A DNA stretch of 64,000 nt, from NCBI GenBank assembly GCA_950097015.1, contig CATNEN010000039.1, positions 20,336,001 through 20,400,000 on the forward strand, given 5' to 3'. Position 1 is the stretch's first letter. Every line of letters starts with the position of its first letter. The notes below the pieces were generated by a model. The model worked only from the letters and a program-made list of their open reading frames with translations, was not told where the DNA came from and did not search any database. Source of the stretch: Macrostomum hystrix. Lineage: Eukaryota > Animalia > Platyhelminthes. Shown here one piece after another: positions 48,101 through 60,422 of this stretch. The position numbers and the translations under genes are program-made.

Positions 48101-49897
48101 TAAGTTTAATTCTGCTCAATAGGCATTCCGGAAACCAGACTGCTGCTGCTGTTGCCTGTTGTTGTTTTGGTGACAATATTATGTCTGCTAAAACTCCATT
48201 AGATAAATTTGTTTTGATATTTGGTTTAGCAACACATTCTGGAACTACATTTAAAATGTAGTTCATTTATAGGAGGTTCTAACCCGACTTTTATAAAGAA
48301 AATAAGGTAAATAGTTTTTGAGCGGCGTAAGTGTTTAATAAAGACACACAACTGACCTTAGATGCTAGGAAGGCATATAAAAGCAAATGATTTATGACTG
48401 TCGCTGTTATAAACTATAATGCTACAAGCTAACCTAGATGATAAAATGTTATCAGCTATTTGCTGCTTCGTACATGCAGAGTTTGCTTGCCTTGTATGCA
48501 GTACTTGTCGGTCAAAACATTTTTGTGGCATATTGATCATGCGGATTCGCCCCATGCAACGGGCCCTATTCGGACTTAAATTCGTTTCTTACATCTAGAC
48601 TGGACGCAGATGCAGCACTGAACATGTGGCCGACAGCGCAGCATCTTGCAGAGTGTCTTTCATCGTATTAATCCAGCTTGAATTATAATTCTTTTCTGCC
48701 TATCACGCCCGATCGTTTGCAATCATGCACATGACCCTCTCCCTAAAACATTGCTGAATGGATTGCCCAGTAGAAAAGCATCCGTTTGAAGCGTTTGTGC
48801 GCGTTTAAAGTGGCGTAGATATTCGACTTGGTTCTTACCAGAATGCTTGTTCAAAATTATACACCTTCCCCTAGACCGCTCGCTATACTGAACAGCTATT
48901 TTATTTTAAAATGGTATTACTAAAACACTTTCAATCGATGCCATCCACTCATGAAATAATCTCTAGTTCGTAAGTTAGTGCGTTAACCTGCATGCAGTTT
49001 CCCTATTGTTCTGTTCAGCTCTGTTTAACCACTTCATTAGTCCATCCATTGTTGGGAATGCCAACTGGGCTGTTCAGAATGACTCAGTTCAATGTTGTCC
49101 TCAACTGCCCCCATCAATTGCTTGTCAGGGCTGTATTATTTCATCGTTAATTTTAAGCTTTGGGAATTTAGCTCCGTAAAATATTCTCCTATGTGAAACT
49201 CTTTCTTTCAGACTTCATCGTTTTAATCAGAATTCTATTGCTACTTGCAGTAGTCTCATTTGTTAAAATTCTTTACTTTCAGGTTCATTTTCGCCGGCAC
49301 AGCTTCCAGGGCCGTTCACCGTACCAGAGGAGCTGCCGTCCATTGATGACTACGATGAGGACAACATTGTTGACGCAGGCGCCATCGACGCATCGACGCT
49401 ATTGGCCGACAGTGCCGAAGCCAATCCGACCACTTCTGCTGGCACCAGAAGCCGCGTCAACCAGAACGAATCTTCGACTGCAGCCGCCACCAGCGGTGTA
49501 ATTGATGAGGAAAGCCTAGAATGCTCTGCTAGGTCAGACTCAGAACTGGTGGTAACCCGTGAGTTCAGAATAATATTCTTAGCAAAATTTGGGCCCTTGA
49601 TAACGCGCCTCGACATTTGTAGCTCCGTTATGAAATTCCGTTTCCCCATACACGCCTTCACTGCCAGACGACACAACTCGAAAGACCCCTCTGGCTCGAA
49701 TTAGGGACTCCTTCAGAAGCTTCCTAAACGGTGGCGGCGGCGAATGCTCAACTCCGAGGTCAACAACGACGTCATCGGCTCCTCCGAAGCTCATGCGCAA
49801 CCAATGGCAGCGTCAGGCTTGTCGAAGAAGTCGCCGGCGTCTTGCCGGTTCAAATGGCGGCGAATCCAACTGCGACGATCTGCAGCAGGTGCTCTGA
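30119..49897 (+). CDS. Putative 268-aa low-complexity protein with N-terminal MGxxxS (myristoylation-like); exons 30119-30419, 49283-49558, 49668-49897
   Basis: Exon 1 ends G|GTGAGT (phase 1). Exon 2 follows CTTTACTTTCAG and is 276 nt, phase 1-1, ending |GTGAGT. Exon 3 follows CTGCCAG, ends DDLQQVL-stop, and has AATAAA at 49915. Joining exon 1 to exon 2 is inferred from phase compatibility only. Confidence 0.55.
30650..33540. repeat. 24-bp minisatellite CTCCTTCAGGTTATAGCTAACTAA (~120 copies)
   Basis: Read directly. Very homogeneous. Paired variants at 30990/31422 and 31178/31610 record a 432-bp duplication. Confidence 0.97.
34683..34925. mobile_element. hAT-type MITE
   Basis: TIRs CAGGGGTTGGCAAACT / AGTTTGCCGACCCCTG. 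8-bp TSD CAATAGAT/CTATAGAT (1 mismatch). Internal GAGATGAGACAC repeats. Confidence 0.85.
35845..36695. repeat. 27-bp minisatellite GTAGCAGATTCTCTTGTCCCCAGAATC (~31 copies)
   Basis: Read directly. Confidence 0.96.
37745..39433 (-). CDS. Single-exon type I membrane protein with leucine-rich repeats (562 aa)
   Basis: Signal peptide MELKSVLPIFLMMIGAFG. LRR-like units LIRLDLAETN, LVSLRLTDN, IQEGALDPLVSLTELRI, LRHLTINSN. Cys cap, Ser/Thr stalk, TM (GVIGTAFLTAGAFMGGALIAAYCC) followed by RRR, and a cytoplasmic tail. Confidence 0.85.
   Translation of the reverse strand: MELKSVLPIFLMMIGAFGAPIQVKNETTPIAMLSCGYYQHSSDNASILDCRTNSNLLDYIDKEYTVRRKIFVPVGGAAAWQGRPVWTLSPPLTDKEAINSLPVDAFWTKGIEKVDALSLRRLNQPDGLDLTALHRLAWLIRLDLAETNATCLHRNLFHAKEETAGSPDFSFVVRLVSLRLTDNADLICIQEGALDPLVSLTELRIRGSPRLKSLGGATVLPSLALLELQTATNDTDETITASADNAFCQVSASLRHLTINSNLALIWKPTLSLKNISILRVEPLDGEAAEVIVQRILLRNQAALCAVWPTGQLQLNGFLLADFVADQLAISYADEFCGDVSEAVLEYTDLARFRCNIVNASSIGVCDEACQLEKPSSSTIKSTLIPAKLDNPTTESINIDSSQNLRGDTQDQQTNTAEAMSGLERQGVIGTAFLTAGAFMGGALIAAYCCHSRRRMAAAARLKLAGAVTITGSAVSSTHMPSSKNSAIVNGAASAASKPAIERGEMEPIRLIGYTAGLGDNGSRVVVFREAGHSDATDSLARSKLVDGVEEADGDTLLTAQL
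41360..42329 (+). pseudogene. Helitron PIF1-like helicase, C-terminal half
   Basis: GDFRQTLPV, LKVGAPIMLLRNL..PRLCNGTRL and FAMTINKAQGQSL...FSHGQLYVACSRV motifs. Walker A and the Rep domain are absent. Confidence 0.92.
42482..42755. mobile_element. hAT-type MITE nested in the Helitron
   Basis: TIRs CAGAGGCAGATTTAGG / CCTGGATCTGCCACTG. Perfect 8-bp TSD ACTGTATA. Confidence 0.9.
44646..46412 (+). mobile_element. Mariner (DD34D) transposon with ~200-bp TIRs
   Basis: TA TSD. TIRs at 44646-44845 and 46215-46412. Transposase has WIPRLL, VTGDETW, HDNARPH and YSPDLAPADF, with 34 residues between the 2nd and 3rd Asp. Confidence 0.95.
45059..46141 (+). pseudogene. Mariner transposase with one in-frame TGA (45509-45511)
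   Basis: The two listed ORFs are in the same frame, separated only by GGA-TGA-GAA. Confidence 0.9.
46495..47431. mobile_element. Solo LTR
   Basis: TGTAGTG...CACTACA termini and 4-bp TSD TTTC. A second copy is at 491-1087. Confidence 0.88.
47036..47336. mobile_element. Second solo LTR (301 bp) nested in the first
   Basis: TG...CA ends and 5-bp TSD GGAGA. The empty site (one GGAGA) is visible in the copy at ~991-995. Confidence 0.85.
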
Positions 49898-50384
49898 AAG
49901 TAGCGTAATGCTTCAATAAATTAATTTTATCTAACCGGGTTTTAAATCCAGATTTAATATTATTTAGTATAAGCTTTTGCTCGTGCTTCTTAATCTCTAG
50001 CGTTGTATTCTGTATTACGCAAATATAGCATTTTACGAAGCAGTTTTTACTCCTTTTTGCTAGTTTTTTTAGCTTCCCATAAAAACTAATTTGTTATAAT
50101 TTTCGGCCATACGTTTTCCGCTTTGAGTTTGATTTGCGCTTGGACTTATAAGATATAAGATATAAGATAAGATAAATATAAGATAAATATAAGATAAATA
50201 TATATATGTCGTGATTCGTAACTATTTTTTCGGATACACTTTTTAGATTAATTTTTGTCGTTTTTGTAGTTTTTTCATATTTTACAAAAAATAATAAACT
50301 CTGGCTACAGTACATTTACATGCAAATTTAGCTGACTAGAACCCCTGACGCTTTGGGAGTCAGTGGCTGAGCATTTACCAAATG

Positions 50385-50650
50385 AGCCTCTCGCACAAAG
50401 GTCCCTAAGATCCCTCGACTCCGAAGCGAGGCCACATTCGTTAGGGTGCAGTCGCGGATACATGGCTTGGGGGCTTGCCGTGCAACTTTGTGCAGTGAGA
50501 GTGTACACTGCCTGACGATCAGAAAGTCAGTGGACATTTCTGCCTTGTGTGAGCGCGTGCCTGTGTACGGTATCTGTATGTGTACGTTTAGGGGTCAGCG
50601 AAATAGGCAGAATCGCCTCCTCACTGGCTACGGTACGGGTCTAGTGCAAG
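50385..50650 (+). mobile_element. tRNA-derived SINE (family A), diverged
   Basis: Homologous to 54461-54770 and 60423-60740. Confidence 0.75.
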
Positions 50651-52118
50651 GTCTGCTAAAGTAGATAAACTATATACTGTGTAGTTCTTGGTCTAGTGTG
50701 TCACCATAGGAATGCGATTGTTTGCAGCCAGCCCTCCTGAAATGTCTAATATACCCCTGAAGCTGAAGGCAGCTCGTTGAGGCCTTGTATAATATTTAAA
50801 ATGTTTAGATTGCATACAAATAGACATAAATGCACTGAGTACATTCGATTCAAGAACTATTCGTTGCTCGTCTGTTGCCAAGCATTTGATCTTTACGAAA
50901 TGCCGGCGTTTGTTTCACTTCGAGAAAACTACTCGTTAAAACAAAATGTTTTTTTACTTTTAACTAACTCTAACGTGTTATAATTTTCAGCTAAGAAATA
51001 CCGTATAATATGCGTTATTATTTTTATGCGCCAACAACTACTACATAAAAATGAAACATATTTGTATTGATCTCATTATTACAGAATTTATATTTATAAT
51101 GCTTTATTTTAACTTTTGTGGCTTTTTGCATATTGTTTCGGGCCTAAATATTTATTCGCTTATTCAATTAGTACTTGTGAAGTTCCACTCGTCGGTGCAA
51201 ATATTAACTTTTAATGTATCCTGGTTTTGTATATGTGTTTTGTGCATTTTTAGTACAGTTTAATTTGTGATTTTGTTATTCCCCTCTTGTAGCTCAGACA
51301 ACCAATACCAAAGCACAACTGTAAAGTTCTCTGCAAAATAAATTTAGTGCCCTTGTACAGAAGTTTGTTATAAATTTAATTGACTACAATCAATTTAGAT
51401 GTTTTACATAGGCCTAACTCTTAAACCCATAGGGCCTAATTATGCCTTTATAGACTCATTGATGACTTATATTATCATTTAGCTTATATTATATATATCA
51501 ATGCTCACCTGGTGAGGTAATAAATGTTTATACAGTAAATATGAGCTATAACTGTTTATGCTATGCTATAAACTATATAATAATAGCATATTATTCGTTC
51601 ATAATATTGAAAACTTGCTAAGCTTAAAAGAACTGTTTAAGACAGCGAATTTAAGAGGCCATCATTCATTTTGTTTCAACATTTAATCCTCAGTTTTTTA
51701 TTCATTAGCCTCACATTTTAAGTGGAAGCCCTTGTGAAACAAAATGTTAAATATAGCTATCTAACTGCAATAAAAATATAAAATAAAAAGCAACATAAAA
51801 TCAATGCAGACTAAAAGCTTGTCTACCTAAGCATAACACCCCATGTAGATCATATGGTTGACTGCATTTATAGTCCATTGTCTAAACTAATCTGTAAATT
51901 ATGCTGTTAATAGTTCTCCAATTGAGTCACAATCAAGTTTCGTTTACTTTGTTTGGACTAGTTCAATATTTTTTCTTTACTTTTAACTAAAATGGCACTA
52001 TATTGCAAAATTTCCGTAGTGTATTGCAAATTTATCTTTTTAAAAATTTATTATATACATTTTTTTGTTTTTATCATTGCAGAAATAAAAAAACAGTGCC
52101 GAATATTCAACACCTGTC

Positions 52119-55100
52119 ATGACATCAGCATTTTATGACACTCAACTTGAGCAAATTAATTTTGAAATACAGGAGTGCGAAAATGAGTAAGTTAAATTGG
52201 AATAGCTTAAAAATGAAAAAATTGCTTAAGGAAATAGCTCGTATTTCTCTTTTGTTTCAAAATTCAGAATTCAGGAGGTCCTGGCTGGTCTGTTGGAGCA
52301 CGCCCAGGCTGAGCTCCCAACCGCCAGACCCTCGGACAGCCTGCTAGCCGTCATGGAGTCGATGACGCTGCAGAATGCTGTTGAACGGACCGCCTGTCAC
52401 GACACCAGCGCACAACGGGTTGGCGAACTGCTGGAACAGCTGATAGGCGGACTAGACAGGGGCGAGTTGACACCCGTACAGGTTAGTACTCTTTCAAGCT
52501 CTGGGACCTTGGTGCGAGAGGCATACACGTTAGACCGCTCTTTCTCTCACCCTCATAAAGACCTTGACAGTACCTTTTCCAGATCAAAGATCAGGCACAG
52601 CAAAATGGTCAACATTTGTTATTGGTATTAGAACCATTTGGCCAGGCTGAAAACTATAAAAGTACATTAACAATATCTCCAAAATACATTTTACCAGGCT
52701 GCCCATGGTCTCATCTTTCTGACGGCCGAGCGCGGCGTCCTGTTGCCGTTCTCCACGGCGGTGAAGTCAACCTCGGCTGATTCCGACTCGCGCTCGGTGT
52801 CCACCGTGTCGCTGAACAGTGTCGAGGACAGTCACGAGCGCGGCAACGACGCTCTGTGGAACAGCCTAGCCGGCAAGGTCACGCGGCACCTCATCACCGC
52901 GTTGAGCGCGGAACCGCCGGCCGGCTCTCAGCCAGACGAGGCATTCAGCGAAGGCGTGACTCGCCGTTTGCGCTTTCAGCAGGGCATCGAAGTTCTGCAG
53001 TTGTTTAACTCGGCCCAGCGCTCCTGGCAGGTCGGCAGCTGATTTTGTCTTTTTGAATTCTTTCTTTAAAGAAGATGTATGCAGTTTTCATTGCTACAAT
53101 TTGCAAGAAACTTTGCATGGCTTAGTGGTCAATTTTGTAAGAAACCCTTCTGTACTCAGCGGCACTCATCCAGAAAATTAAATTGGTTCGCTGGTCCTTT
53201 TTCCAAGCAACTTTTAACAGTAGAACTACCAAGCCGTTTGTCCGCCAGTTTTTATACAAATGGTTACCCCCTGAATGCTGAATGCTAACAGCTTTGGCTA
53301 GTGACTGATTCGTTGAAAGGCTAGATGGTGGTGTCCTGTGGTTGAGCTGCGCCTAATATTTAGGCTTGATCAGTGAAATTAGAGAAATTCACGTCCGGGT
53401 GTCCATAGTGGCCTATTTTCACCTGTTGTAGCCCTTGTAGGTCCAGCAGTCCGTCTAGGTAAAAGTCGGTGACCACCGAAGACGGAGATGGTGCAGTCAC
53501 ATTCGGGTGACATGCTTATAAATTTTAAACGCCTGGAAAGGCCGCACTGAGGCGCAGTGCTAGTTCGTGCATATGTCTGTATGAAATACACTAGCGCTTA
53601 TGGGAAAAATCTGACCTTCGGCCAGAACCCTTGAATATCTCGACGGTCTGAAGAGCTGTCGACTTGATTCTTGTTTCAGAAGATGCGCAAAAATTTGCCC
53701 GTTTTCTTGAGTTTCGCGTGCTTGAGTTGTTCCGTTCGGGTGCAGCACAAAAAATTGTCATGAGGGTCTACTGTTAAATTCTAAGAAACGTCACCATCAA
53801 TGCCTGACTACCAGTATTCGAACTCGCTAATCAGGTGTTCAAGCAGATCCGCATGAGCCACCTGGAGCGCCTAATTGACCGGCTGTTCTACACGCAGCAG
53901 TCTGGCGGGCACAAGCGCCGCCCTCTCTCCGAGGTGTCGGCCAATTTTCCAACTTTCGCCAGCGCCGCCGTCGCCATGATGCGCGAAGATTTCGACCTGA
54001 TTAGGGCCGAATATTTTCCAACGATTGGCAACTCGCAGGACAGCGTCATCAACATCTACCTGGACTACGTGTGCCAGGAGCTGGCAGACTTTGCGCACAC
54101 CTTGGAGCGGGCTCTGTCAGATTCGGCGGCTAAACAGGCCGGAGCCGGTCGTGGCGGCGCCTTCTTCTCCAACCTGTCCAACGACGCACTCGGCCTGGAC
54201 ACGCTGCTGCAGGTTGGCGACTTGTCCGAGCTTATTATTAAACGGCAGTGCAAATTCACGCACTGATATATATATGTTCTTCATTCTTACATTGTAACAT
54301 CAGCTTCGTTAGCGTTATTCTGCTTATTTTCTTGAAAATTTTCATTACTTATGTTTTTATCTCCACATTTTCTTTCAACCTTTATAACTTCCTCTAAAAA
54401 TTACTAAAAACTTTTTGTTATAAAAATGCACAATAATCATAAATTAACAAAAGAATAGTGATTGGCAGAGCGGTCTAACGCGTTTGCCTCTCGCACCAAG
54501 TTCCCTGAGCTCGATTCCGCGGCGAGGCCACATTTATTTGGGGCGCAGCCGCGGAAAGAATGGCTTGGGGACTTGTCGTGCAATTTACGCCCTTGAGGGC
54601 CAACCTCCAAGGCACAGTGAGAGTGTACACTGCCTGACGATAAGAAAGTAACGGCAGATGTTCACACCAGTGTGAGCGTGTGCCTGCGTACGGTATTTTT
54701 ATGCATGTATGCTCAGGAGTCAGCGGAATGGGCAGAATTGCCTCCTCGCTGGCTGCGGGTCTAGTGTCGCCAAATGATGCGCCTTTTCCCCCTTTTCCCG
54801 CAGCCCTCCTGCAATTATTATTCTTCTTTTTCAGAAGGGTCAAGTATCGATAAAATATGTTCTTAGCAGCTACCTAAAAGTACATTCAAACTCAAGCGTC
54901 CAACTGAAACAAAAATCCCATCTCAGATTACTGATCTCCTGGCCACCCTGGCTGGCCTGGAGCGTGACTTTGTCTCCGTGGCCAATGACTATTGGTCAGC
55001 CAGCACCCACGGTCTGGATCAGCTGCAGCTCAGCAGTCTGTCATCCATCGGCGCCGAGAAACCGCGCGGTGTGCTCAAACGTCGGCCTTCTAATCCGGCT

Positions 55101-58100
55101 TTGCTTGGCGGCGACCGGCGGATGAGCATGGCTTCTGAGCAGGTTGGTTTTTTTATTCCACTGAGCATGCAATGAACAGACTGGTTCAGGGATTGGATAG
55201 ACGGATTCAGGAATTGGATAGACGGATTCAGGGATTGGATAGACGGATTTAGGAATTGGATAGACGGATTCAGGGATTGGATAGACGGATTCAGGGATTG
55301 GATAGACGGATTCAGGGAATGGATAGACGGGTTCAGGGATGGATAGACGGGTTCAGGGATTGGATAGACGGGTTCAGGGATTGGATAGACGGGTTCAGGG
55401 ATTGGATAGACGGTTTCATCTATCCCCTCTCCCACCGGATTCCGCAGGGCATCCTAGTCGTCTCGTCTCACGATGAATCTAGCGTTGTCCTGGAGACCAG
55501 CAGCCAGCTGCAGCCGCTGCTGCAGTGGCAGGCAGAGTTGGAGCCCTACTTCCCCGTGCTGGCTCGCTCCATGGAGTTCCAGCTGCACAAGAGCTGGCAG
55601 CGAACCTACTCTGATCGGATTCGCTGCTCCGTTGACGAAGCCGTCAGGCAGGGTCGGTTAGACTTTCCGCAGCTGATTCACAAGTCGCTGCAGGACTACA
55701 CAGAGCTGGTGCAGCGGCTGATGCGCCTTGCCGTGTTCTGCTCCGACTCCAGCGCCGCGTCATCCTGTGGCCTGCTGTTGAAGTCACTCGTGGCCACCGT
55801 TCAGCTGCACTTTAACGCTATGGCGGGGGCTCATTCCGCCCTACTGGACGGAGGTGGCGAAGGCGGAGGCGGAGGCGGCGGCGGCAGCGCCGAGGGCATT
55901 CCGGACTCCGAGTTTCCAATCCGCATCGGTGACGCCGCCTATGCAATGCACGTGTGCGCCCACCTGGCCCAGAGCCTGGCCGGCTGTCACTCGGATTCCA
56001 GCGGTGCCATGTACGCCCTGCACAAGACCTTCGCCACCCTGCTGCACCGCCTGACTGGCGAGGCTGAGCTGCGCTATTCTCAGAACTTTCTCACCTGCCT
56101 GCTGTTTGACGCGAGCTCCAATTACTGGGAGGACGGCCAGGAGTTTCACGACGAGACCCGGATCTCGTTCAGCGTTGAACGGTGCGCAATAACACTGCGC
56201 CGTTGTGCCTGTAGGGGGGAGTGAGTGGCAGAGCGATCTAACGCGTTTTCCTCTCACGTCAAGGTCCCTGAGCTCGATTCCGCGGCGAGGCCACTTTCAT
56301 TTGGGGCGCAGCCGCGGAGAGAAGGCTTGGGGGCTTGTTGCCCAAATGCACAATGAGGGTGTCTATGTCCTTGCGTAATATATATTTTCATTGCTTCAGT
56401 GAACCCAGCTGTATAAGCTAAAATAGCTACGAGCATCAGCTGGGTAGAAAATCTGGGTGTAGGTGTAGCGGCACCACAGTCCGCGGACTGAACAGCTGTA
56501 CACAGCCTTTAGATGCTTTGAGAACGCGTGGCCCAAATCACGACAATGCGATCATCACCCGCAGCTGGTACTTGGAGCTCAGGCGCATCTGGCACTCGCT
56601 CAGCTCGACCTGTCCGCACGAGATCAGCCGCTGCGTGCTGCTGTCGCTGCTGGAAAAGACTCTCGGCTTCCTGCTGCAGCGCTACGCCCAGGCCACCCCG
56701 TCGCATCGTCGGCTGAGTCAGTACAGAGCTGACATCACCGCCATCCTGCTCATGACTGAGGACCTTCTGTACGCGGTTTGTGAGCACGCTGAACAGGTGA
56801 GAAATCTTCAATGCCTTGGATATCGGATACAAGCTGAAATCGATTGAGTGACTCAAAGCCGTGTCATTTATTCGCTAATGCAGGTGACGAACCCAGACCA
56901 GCTCGAGGATGCCAGCATCTGCTTCGTCCACAACTGCTGCTCTGGCCTGCTCGCCTGTCTGGCGATCGTCTCCTCGCCTCTGCCAGTACTTCACAAGGCT
57001 TTCAGGAAGGGTCTAGGCGGCTCTGGCAACGGCAAGACGTCGTCGAAGTCCTCGGAGCATCATCATCGCGATCATCAGCAGCAACACTTGCAGACTGGCG
57101 GTGGAGAATCGTACAATGGTTCCTGTACCTACTGGCTCAGTGTCATCAGGCCGGAACTGTATAACCCGGATGCCATCACGTGAGTTCCCTGTGTTTTTAG
57201 AAAGTTGTAACCTATTGGTCAGTGCTTCTAGTAATGACTGAGACGTTCGGAGTTAAAACCCAGTCCAAAGGAAATTTTTTCTTTGACCAAGTGACCAAAA
57301 CACTAGAATCTCCATCGCTTCGGTTAATTCGGAGTAGAAACTCCAGCAGCAGATGGTGTGGCGGCCTCTCGAGTCCACGGACTGAAAAGCTGTACATAGC
57401 ATTTGGAAGTATCGCGCTATAACTGCGCCACTGGCTGTATATACGGACCAACATTGCGTACAAGATTAGATCCAACATTAGATCCAACGTTGCGTACAAT
57501 GGATCTAAACACTCGCGTGTGTTTCTAAAAATAGAAACTGACGTCATGAAAACAAGGGGTAGACCCTGGGGAAAGGGTTATGTTGCTAAAAATAGCATCT
57601 CACGCGCACGTAAAGGATAAATGACACGTAAATTTTAACACAGGCGCACTTTAAAGACAGGAAAAATCCTTAAAAAGAAACAAGACGCACTCATATTAGA
57701 GCATAAGTAGCTCACTAATGTGTTAAATGTGACAACACGCCCGGCGATCTCAACCACTGTCTCAGGCTGGACTCCATGCCTAGTCAGTTGGCTCTGCACA
57801 TGCAGCTGCGCCTACTGCAGGAATCTCCGGCTGCTCGACACGAGCACGTCCTGGCCGCGCTGCTCATGAAACAGTTCGCCCTGTCTGTGCAGCTGGCTTC
57901 TCGCGCCTGCGAGGCTGTAGCTGCCGGCGGTAGCGATTCAGTCTGCGAAGCCACACTGGCCTCGCTTCTGACTGTGCTGTCGCATTGTCGCGGAGCTTTG
58001 CTAGAAGGTCCGTTGCGTTGCCTGCTGCCAGTGTTGGATCGGGGCGTCGGTGGAGGCAACAGCGGCGGCGGCGGTGGCGGCAGTTTCCGTGGTGGGGTAA

Positions 58101-60298
58101 GCGTCGGCGATGACGAAGGCCACTGGGAGCAGCTGGACAGGCGTCGATTTCTCGGCCTTGCTAAAGCGTCAGACGTGCCAATGTGGCTGCGAGCAGTCGG
58201 CCGCCTGCTTGAGCCGCACCTGGAAGCGGCACTGCGCGCTGCGGTGGCGGAGACGGCGCAGCGAAAGTCCGCCGAGTTGCAGGTGACGATAAAATTTACT
58301 CAATGGCATGTTTAGCTGGCGCAGGTGTTGCTTTTATGATGGCTGGGGCAGGGGTTGGTTTTATGATGGCTGGGGCAAGGGTTGGTTTTTTGATGGCTGG
58401 GGCAGGGGTTGGTTTTATCATTGCTGAGGCAGGGGTGGTTTCTGGCAGGGGGCAGGGGTTGGTTTTATGATGGCTGGGGCAGGGGTTGGTTTTATGATGG
58501 CTGGGGTAAGGGTTGGTTTTTTGATGGCTGGGGCAGAGGTTGGTTTTATCATGGCTGCGTTAAGGGTTGGTTTTATCATGGCTGAGGCAGGGGTGGTTTC
58601 TGGCAGGGGACAGGGGTTGGTTTTATCATGGCTGCGTTAAGGGTTGGTTTTATCATGGCTGAGGCAGGGGTGGTTTCTGGCAGGGGACAGGGGTTGGTTT
58701 TATGATGGCTGGGGCAAGGGTTGGTTTTTTGTTGGCTGGGGCAGGGGTTGGTTTTATGATGGCTGAGGCAGGGGTTGGTTTTATGATGCTGGGGCAGGGG
58801 TGGTTTTTAGCAGGGGTTGGTTTTATCATCGCTGGGGCAGATGTTGGTTTTATGATGCTGGGGCAGGGGTGGTTTTTAGCAGGGGTATGTGTTTCAGGCG
58901 ATCTGGCGTAAGACTCTAGTCAGCTCAGTCAGCATTGGACATTTTCCAGCATCCAGTCACCAAATTACAGGTACCCAGTCGAACCACCTGCCCGGCCCTC
59001 CATGGCCAGCTGCCCTGCGGCTGCGCCGCCCCTGTCCCGGCCAGCCGCAACGCTTCGATGACGTCAGCGGCAACGGCTGCTGCCACTGCTGACTCGCTGC
59101 TGGTGGCCCTGGCAGCTGAGTGGCCGCGTACACCTCCAGCTGTCCAGTTCTGCCTGCGGGCTATCGGCGATGCAGCCGCACGTCGTGGCGCTCGACCAAT
59201 CGGTGGCTGTGCCGGGCTGCACATCCTCGGCGCCTGCATGGCCCAGCACCTTCGCCGACTCCGGCTAGTCAGGAAGGACGGTGACCTGGGCCTCGGCGCC
59301 GAACCAGACGCCGTCCTACAGCGCCTGGTGGAGTCCCTCACGGATGAGGTTCGCCGGCCAGCGTCCGTGTTGCGCATCATTGAGGCGGTCGGGGCGCAGG
59401 TGCGGATTCCAGTTGTCTGATTGGCTAGAAAAAACAGACCCTTTTATATTCAATGTCGCTAGTTCGAATTCTAAAGTATGGCTTAGGGTGAGCTTAACGA
59501 CCGACAATGACGATCGATAGTTGCACAATCGCATTTTTAATTTGCTCCTCAACCCCCATCGTACAGTCAGCCTCCAGCATGCTGGCTCCGTACATCGACA
59601 ACGCTAACGACTCGGGCCCGGCGTCTGGAGCCGGCGTGGATTCATCTGGCTCCGCCTCCGCCTGGCAGGACCGTCGTCAGCTGGCTGCCACCCTGGCTGA
59701 GGTGGACGCCGCGGGCCACTTGCAGCACCTTATCGGCCTCGGCCACCTCCTGCGCCGCAACGCCGACTGCCTCGTCGCCGGGTTGGGCGTTGCGCCGCCC
59801 GACGATGCCGGAGCCGCCGCGGCCGCCTCGGCCGCATTCATCTGCGACCTCGGCCCGATGGAGGCGGCACCGTTCGATCCGTTGAGGGCCGCCCAGCACA
59901 TGGGCTGCAATCAGCGCGCCAGATACTTTGATGTCGCTGAAGGCGAAGGTGACATCGGCGATGCCGAGGCCGATGATGACGATGAGGACGATGATGATGA
60001 CGACGAAGACACCGAGGAAGACGTCGGAAGCCGTCGACGCCGACGATCCCAGTCCAAGTCGTCGTCAAGGCGTCGGGCTAGTGAGCAGCGACGCGGCCTT
60101 CAGCAGCGGCGTTCACGACGGCCGCGGTTTAACTGGCCGGAGCTGCTGGCGGGCGGCGGCGCCAGGCTCGGTCTCAGCCTAGTCAATTTCCGCTCCCTGC
60201 TGGCGCACCGTTGGGAGTTCACGAGGCCTGACCTGGTGGAAGGCGACGCGTCAACTCAAGCCATGGTGGAGTCTCTGGCTAGCAAGTTTGGACTCTGA
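52119..60298 (+). CDS. KIAA0825/DUF4495-like protein; exons 52119-52186, 52268-52481, 52698-53030, 53835-54212, 54927-55142, 55448-56181, 56565-56796, 56884-57179, 57766-58282, 58971-59399, 59567-60298
   Basis: All junctions are GT-AG and frame-compatible. The segment LLFDASSNYWEDGQEFHDETRISFSVER|WY and 'LLQRYAQATPSHRRLSQYRADITAILL' resemble KIAA0825-family proteins (recalled from memory, not searched). Confidence 0.7.
54461..54770 (+). mobile_element. tRNA-derived SINE (family A)
   Basis: A-box-like TGGCAGAGCGG and B-box-like GCTCGATTCC. Multiple copies in the window. Confidence 0.85.
55180..55415. repeat. 21-bp intronic minisatellite GATTGGATAGACGG(A/G)TTCAGG
   Basis: Read directly. Lies between donor 55143 and acceptor 55447. 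Confidence 0.92.
56224..56340 (+). mobile_element. tRNA-derived SINE (family A), 3' truncated
   Basis: Same head sequence as 54461. Confidence 0.8.
58325..58890. repeat. ~27-bp G-rich intronic minisatellite GGCAGGGGTTGGTTTTATGATGGCTGG
   Basis: Read directly, with degenerate units. Confidence 0.9.
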
Positions 60299-60422
60299 AG
60301 CCATGCTCCTTATCTCATTCGCTACTCTCAGAAGCTTTTATTGTTTCTTTTAGATAGGCTTTGCAATTTTTGTCCATAGACATTTCCTGAATGGGATACC
60401 TGTAGATAACCCCTGTCCCCTG

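Noticed and set aside
54461-54540. tRNA genes at SINE heads (also 56224, 60423, ~17330)
   Set aside because: Each continues into a shared body sequence, the copies are diverged, and no convincing cloverleaf forms. They are SINEs.
55256-55447. MDRRIQGL-repeat N-terminus of the 322-aa ORF
   Set aside because: Intronic 21-bp minisatellite. The real exon starts at acceptor 55448.
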